A stretch of DNA of 64,000 nt from a virus. Its lineage: Duplodnaviria > Heunggongvirae > Uroviricota > Caudoviricetes. The position numbers were made by a program, and so were the translations under genes. The stretch covers positions 32,001 through 96,000 of the IMG/VR virus record IMGVR_UViG_3300038345_000251; one strand, written 5' to 3'. Of this stretch, positions 59,286 through 64,000 are shown one piece after another; position 1 is the stretch's first letter; each line of letters opens with the position of its first letter. The notes under the pieces are model-generated. The model ran no database searches, was not told where the DNA came from, and saw only the letters and a program-made list of their open reading frames with translations.

Positions 59286-59675
59286 TTATTCTTTTACGTA
59301 GATTAATAATTTTTCTTCAACTGGAACTCTAAAACTTCCTTCTAAAAATGATTCACCTTCTTGTGTAAGGTTTCCGTTAAACGTAATATCAAACCAACCT
59401 TCGTAAATTCCAACTTCTTTTACATCCCTTGGTTTCCAAGTATATTGTAAAAGATATTTTTCTTCACATCCATCAGTTTTAGCCAATACAATATCAGCAT
59501 GTGCTTTTGATACTTTTAAAAGCCCTGTTTCAGTGTTTTTCATACTGAAAGTTACATTTGCATCTAAAAGTGAATATTCTATTAATGATTTTCTATAATC
59601 ATATCTACCATCATTAATAACTTCCATTCTAAGTTTATTGTTTACAGAACCTTGTCTTATATAAAACTCTTGCAT
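59286..59675 (-). CDS. BppU-like baseplate domain protein
   Basis: FYIRQG...VTFSM...QYTWK..D....G.YEG.F. Confidence 0.55.
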   Translation of the reverse strand: MQEFYIRQGSVNNKLRMEVINDGRYDYRKSLIEYSLLDANVTFSMKNTETGLLKVSKAHADIVLAKTDGCEEKYLLQYTWKPRDVKEVGIYEGWFDITFNGNLTQEGESFLEGSFRVPVEEKLLIYVKE

Positions 59676-59706
59676 TTCTTAAAGTATTTTATTAATAAAT
59701 AGTGTT

Positions 59707-60156
59707 TTAATCCTTTTTAGACTTAAAAATATCGTAACCATATTGATTAAATAAATCTTTAATTAGTTTAGTATCATATGTTGTATGTTGTTTAAGATAA
59801 TTTACCACATTTGTAAAATTTCCTTCTTTATTAAGAACTTTAACCGATGGTTTCAGAAACATTTGAAATGAAAGGAATGACTTTTTGTTTACCTTAATCC
59901 ATTCATCTGCTACGTCAACAAAAAGCATATATTCTTTCTTAAAATTTTCATCTTCATTAACAGTTGTTTTTATTAAATCATCAAATGTATCTTTTATCTT
60001 TTTTATATCATTTTTATAATTTTCTTTTTCTTTTGTAGGTTTAATGTAGAAACCGCCTTCAAGATATATTACATCGGGATATTTTTTATCAATTGTTCCA
60101 ATTTTTAATTTCATATCATCATCGTTCAATTTTATTACACTTCCAATTTTTTTCAT
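59707..60156 (-). CDS. Hypothetical protein
   Basis: Probable start MKKIGS at 60156. Confidence 0.55.
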   Translation of the reverse strand: MKKIGSVIKLNDDDMKLKIGTIDKKYPDVIYLEGGFYIKPTKEKENYKNDIKKIKDTFDDLIKTTVNEDENFKKEYMLFVDVADEWIKVNKKSFLSFQMFLKPSVKVLNKEGNFTNVVNYLKQHTTYDTKLIKDLFNQYGYDIFKSKKD

Positions 60157-60257
60157 ATTAACTAATATTTTTTTATAATATAAAAAAAATATTGAATTTG
60201 TCAAGGGGTCGATTGAAGAAAAATCAACTATTTATAAGTAATAAACGAATTTTTAAT

Positions 60258-61769
60258 ATGATAAGACATTTTTTCTTAGATAAAACAAATACAATTTACA
60301 AAAATGTTCCATTGGCAAACGTTGGTTTAAATCCTGTTTTAGAGTTAAACTATGGTAGTGGATTACTTAGTCGTGGTCTTATTCATTTTGATGAAACAGA
60401 GATTTTAAAACTTGTGGAAGATAAAACATTTGCTGATTTATCAAAATTGACATTTAAATTAAGAATGACAAACTGTTTTTCAGTTGACGGTTATCCATAT
60501 GAAAAAATTTTAAAAAATGGTTTGGTATTAAGACAAAGAGCAACATCATTTGATTTAATTGCGCTTCGTTTGCCTTGTGATTTTGATGGTGGTAGAGGAT
60601 TCAGTTATGTTAGCGATTTTTGGATTAACAATAATCGTGAATTAAGTACAGAAGGTTCAAATTGGAATTATTGTGAAAACGGTAAAGTATGGCCTGTAGA
60701 TGAAGATAAGATTGACCTTACTAATCCTAATCTTAACTTTGTTGGTAAAGATATTTGGTATATGAGTGGTAATACAAGAGTAAGAATCAATCTTGAAGGT
60801 GGTGTATATTCAGATGAAGAAATTAAAAATGAAGTTGCTTTGTTTAATAGTGGGGCAAGTTCATTAATACTTGATGTACAACATTTCGATTTTGGACACG
60901 AAAATCTTAATTTAGATATTACCGATTATGTAATGGATATTATTAATGGTACACCTAATTATGGTATTATGTTAATGTTTACACCAAGATTTGAGGAAAA
61001 TAAAATAGAAATGCCACAATATGTTGGTTTCTTTACTGACCATACAAATACATTTTTTCATCCATATGTTGAATGTATCTATTGTGAATCAATAAATGAT
61101 AGTAGAGCAACATTTTGTTCAGGTAAAGAAAATAAACTTTATCTTTACACAAACATTGATGGTATTCCACAAAATCTTGATGAATTACCAACATGTACAA
61201 TAAACGAAACTTCTTATCCTGTAAAACAGGCTCAAAAAGGCGTTTATTATGCTGTTATTTCAGGTTTGAGTGAAGATGTGGATAATGAGACTATTTTATA
61301 TGATACGTGGGGAAATTTGGTTTTAAATGGGGAAAGAATCGAAGATGTTGAACTTGAATTTGAAGTACAGCCAATGAAACGTTTCATTTCAATTGGTAAT
61401 GTTGTTAGTACAAAAGAATCTTTAGTCCCTGACGTGTATGGAATCAATGATGCAGAAGACTTACATAGAGGTGAAATTAGAGAAGTAACTGTTGATTTCA
61501 GAAAAGAATTTGAGACAGATAAAATGGCTTTAATTGATAGTGGTGAATATAGAATCTATATTATGGATGGAAATAGAGAACTTACTGTTTTCGATTATCA
61601 ACCAATTGAAAAAGGGTTTTTAAAGAACTTCTTTGTAGTTTATACAGAAGATTTAATACCAAATGATTATTATGTTGATATTAAAGTAAAATCTGGTAGA
61701 GAAATCAAATACTATAAAAAAGTTTTAAAATTTGGAGTTGTAAGTGATGTAACAGAAAGATATGAATAA
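60258..61769 (+). CDS. Putative virion structural protein
   Basis: Start MIRHFF after ACTATTTATA; LSRGLIHFD, LDITDYV..NYG, FFT.HT.TFF.P. Confidence 0.55.
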   Translation: MIRHFFLDKTNTIYKNVPLANVGLNPVLELNYGSGLLSRGLIHFDETEILKLVEDKTFADLSKLTFKLRMTNCFSVDGYPYEKILKNGLVLRQRATSFDLIALRLPCDFDGGRGFSYVSDFWINNNRELSTEGSNWNYCENGKVWPVDEDKIDLTNPNLNFVGKDIWYMSGNTRVRINLEGGVYSDEEIKNEVALFNSGASSLILDVQHFDFGHENLNLDITDYVMDIINGTPNYGIMLMFTPRFEENKIEMPQYVGFFTDHTNTFFHPYVECIYCESINDSRATFCSGKENKLYLYTNIDGIPQNLDELPTCTINETSYPVKQAQKGVYYAVISGLSEDVDNETILYDTWGNLVLNGERIEDVELEFEVQPMKRFISIGNVVSTKESLVPDVYGINDAEDLHRGEIREVTVDFRKEFETDKMALIDSGEYRIYIMDGNRELTVFDYQPIEKGFLKNFFVVYTEDLIPNDYYVDIKVKSGREIKYYKKVLKFGVVSDVTERYE

Positions 61770-61796
61770 AATAAAAGCCTCAAAGAAATTTGAGGC

Positions 61797-62672
61797 TTAA
61801 TTTATTCTAATACTATTTGAAAGAATTTTTGTTAAATCATAATTTTGAAGATTTACAATATCATCTGTTACACATGGTATCATTGTTGGATATGGATGAA
61901 CATGATTGACAAAGGCTTTGACAAACATCTTCAAAAATTCAATTAATTTATCACCATATGGTAATTCATGTGCTTTTTCAATAAGTTCTTTTAATTTTTC
62001 ATCTGTAATAAGGTCTTCGCTGTCTGCTGTAATAATATTTCCGTCTTTAGGTACATTACCTAAAAGCAATACCTTATCTGCAACAATTGCAGCAGTACTA
62101 TTATAACTGTCATTGTCTGCTTGTTGTTGTTCTGGATTATATCTTAACTTAACAAATGCTGAATTTTTACTATTGAATTCTACTTCTCTTGGGTTTTTAT
62201 CATTAACTAATTTAGTACCACTTCTAAGTCTTACATCGTTTTCAGTTAATATAATATCTGAATATTTTCTACCTAAAATTGCGACATCTTCTTTTTTGGG
62301 GTAAGCACCTTTTGTTTCAGGTTTCAAAGTATCACCAACCATAGGAGATATTCTTGAACCAGGGAATGTTGCTGTTGCAAACAAATGAAATGGGTCATCA
62401 TACAAAAAATCTTTTTGTGAAATAATTGGACCTATATATCTTCTTAAACTTGTAGCATCATTTGCATTACGTAAATCAACATATACTGCTTCACCAACCT
62501 TTGGCATTACGTGAAACATTTTAGGTAATAATGGATAAGCAAACGGAAGTTCCGAATCACGAAGAGGGTTATCTTCAGGTGTTAATCTAACTTTGATTCT
62601 ACCTGCATCGTTTTCATCGTCAATACTTATCACTTCGCATATTCTGAATCCTGAAATATCATATGCACCCAT
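61797..62672 (-). CDS. Baseplate hub/spike (gp5/VgrG OB-fold-like)
   Basis: VISIDD..AGRIKVR...PKVGEAV; C-terminal HVHPY. Confidence 0.75.
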   Translation of the reverse strand: MGAYDISGFRICEVISIDDENDAGRIKVRLTPEDNPLRDSELPFAYPLLPKMFHVMPKVGEAVYVDLRNANDATSLRRYIGPIISQKDFLYDDPFHLFATATFPGSRISPMVGDTLKPETKGAYPKKEDVAILGRKYSDIILTENDVRLRSGTKLVNDKNPREVEFNSKNSAFVKLRYNPEQQQADNDSYNSTAAIVADKVLLLGNVPKDGNIITADSEDLITDEKLKELIEKAHELPYGDKLIEFLKMFVKAFVNHVHPYPTMIPCVTDDIVNLQNYDLTKILSNSIRIN

Positions 62673-62674
62673 TT

Positions 62675-62860
62675 TTAATATAATTTTTTACCTCTTATTT
62701 TTAATTCATTATCAACTTTGTTATATTCTTTTTCGATTTTTTCAAGTTCATCACAAAGTCTATCTATTTTACCCTGTATTGCTTCAAATTCATCAGATAA
62801 TTCTTTTTTGTAGATGATAAGTTCGTTATTACTTAATTCATCAATTTTTTTTGTTTTCAT
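62675..62860 (-). CDS. Small coiled-coil protein
   Basis: 61-aa ORF tightly packed in operon. Confidence 0.55.
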   Translation of the reverse strand: MKTKKIDELSNNELIIYKKELSDEFEAIQGKIDRLCDELEKIEKEYNKVDNELKIRGKKLY

Positions 62861-63252
62861 TATCGTAAAATACCTCTTACTGTTGTACTTATTATATTAT
62901 ATCCTGTTGATACAACGGGACCACCTGCATTACCACCATTTGTTTCAACCATTATACTACCAGCTGGAATTGATACTTGTACAGAACCGTTTTGTTTAAT
63001 TTCATCAAGAATATGTTTTACAATATTATATGTATATTGATTAACAACATTTGGTGTACCATCAGGATTAACGCCTGTTGCAATTCCTAATGCTGCATTG
63101 TCTGCAATTATTTTTGCTGCTGTTTCAGAAGGTGATGTACCTGGTCTTCTTACAGCAATACAGTAAAGAAGTTGTGCAGGTAATACTTCAGCAGGTGTTT
63201 TCATTTGCATAAATGCCTGTTTCATTTTTCTTGCCATTTCAGATACATTCAT
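62860..63252 (-). CDS. Hypothetical (putative baseplate) protein
   Basis: G.NAGGPV motif; in the baseplate operon. Confidence 0.5.
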   Translation of the reverse strand: MNVSEMARKMKQAFMQMKTPAEVLPAQLLYCIAVRRPGTSPSETAAKIIADNAALGIATGVNPDGTPNVVNQYTYNIVKHILDEIKQNGSVQVSIPAGSIMVETNGGNAGGPVVSTGYNIISTTVRGILR

Positions 63253-63277
63253 AATATAAATCTTTTTTTAAATATTA

Positions 63278-64000
63278 TTAACATGATTTTTCACTTTCTG
63301 GTATATCTTGTGTTTGTGTTATATCAGCATAATTTACGTCATCTATTTCAGTTAATACCTTAGTAGGTTTAAATAATGGTATACAACTGATTGCTTCTTC
63401 CAATAATTCAATCCAAGCAGCAAGTTTTTCTGCTAAAATTAACGCACCCCATTCAATCAAAAGTGGTTTTATATATTTTAAGAATAATTTATATAAAAAC
63501 TCAACAATTTTATCTTTAACATATCTAACAATTGATATAATAATTGATAAAAGTTTTTTAATAAATAATTCCATAATATCATCAATTGATTTAATGTTAT
63601 TAACGTTAATTAATCCCATTATTTCAAAATTAATCACAAAAAGTAACATTACTTTTGGTGTAAACATTGCTTTTGCTAATGGCATTACTAATGCCATAAC
63701 AACATCATTAAGCCATTTTTCATTATAGCCAACACTTAACTTATCTGAAATTTCAATTGCAGCATCTTGTGTTGGAATTGCTGAAATGTCATAAACAGTT
63801 CTAGATATACTTGAAATCTTTTCATTCATAGTTGCCATTGAATTTATTTCATTCATAGCATCTATTCCAATTTCTTTATCAATTTTAATTGCTGGTGATG
63901 TTTCACTATTTAATTCTTTAGCACCATATCGTTGCAATTCCATTGCTTTAAGTGCATCGTTAAAATCATCGTTTGAAAAACTAAAGAAACAATCTTCAAC
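63278..64000 (-). CDS. Hypothetical protein, C-terminal part (begins beyond window end)
   Basis: Frame open to the window edge (VEDCFFSFSNDDFNDALKAMELQR...). Confidence 0.6.
   Translation of the reverse strand, partial: VEDCFFSFSNDDFNDALKAMELQRYGAKELNSETSPAIKIDKEIGIDAMNEINSMATMNEKISSISRTVYDISAIPTQDAAIEISDKLSVGYNEKWLNDVVMALVMPLAKAMFTPKVMLLFVINFEIMGLINVNNIKSIDDIMELFIKKLLSIIISIVRYVKDKIVEFLYKLFLKYIKPLLIEWGALILAEKLAAWIELLEEAISCIPLFKPTKVLTEIDDVNYADITQTQDIPESEKSC

Noticed and set aside
1-64000. Stop-codon reassignment as in Lak megaphages
   Set aside because: Core genes are full length in the standard code and TAG serves as a stop (e.g. 33168-33170)

Overview
This is a 64 kb, very AT-rich segment of a large T4-like (jumbo) myophage read in the standard genetic code. 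The host is probably a Bacteroidota species, judged from TAnnTTTG -7 promoters and BACON/BspA-LRR fibres. It holds the head module (prohead protease, scaffold, major capsid, terminase, neck, portal), baseplate and fibre genes, and a family of putative head-packaged effectors sharing an N-terminal leader. It also encodes RecD2, a DNA methyltransferase and several free-standing endonucleases. The most notable observations are five. (1) Three separately transcribed 78-79-nt hairpin ncRNA cassettes have the same architecture but divergent, compensating stems, and sit among three paralogous fibre-anchored proteins that share an unrecognised basic domain; this is a candidate RNA-protein system. (2) A catalytically intact TnpB is carried inside 25-bp terminal inverted repeats with an 8-bp target duplication (IS1595/ISNwi1-like ends). 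(3) A clpC gene is fractured at Walker A by an atypically split intein with an endonuclease between the halves. (4) An IS605-type TnpB is inserted into a loop of a multi-branched ncRNA. (5) A probable -1 frameshift joins two head-protein ORFs. All calls come from reading motifs by eye; no searches or folding programs were run.
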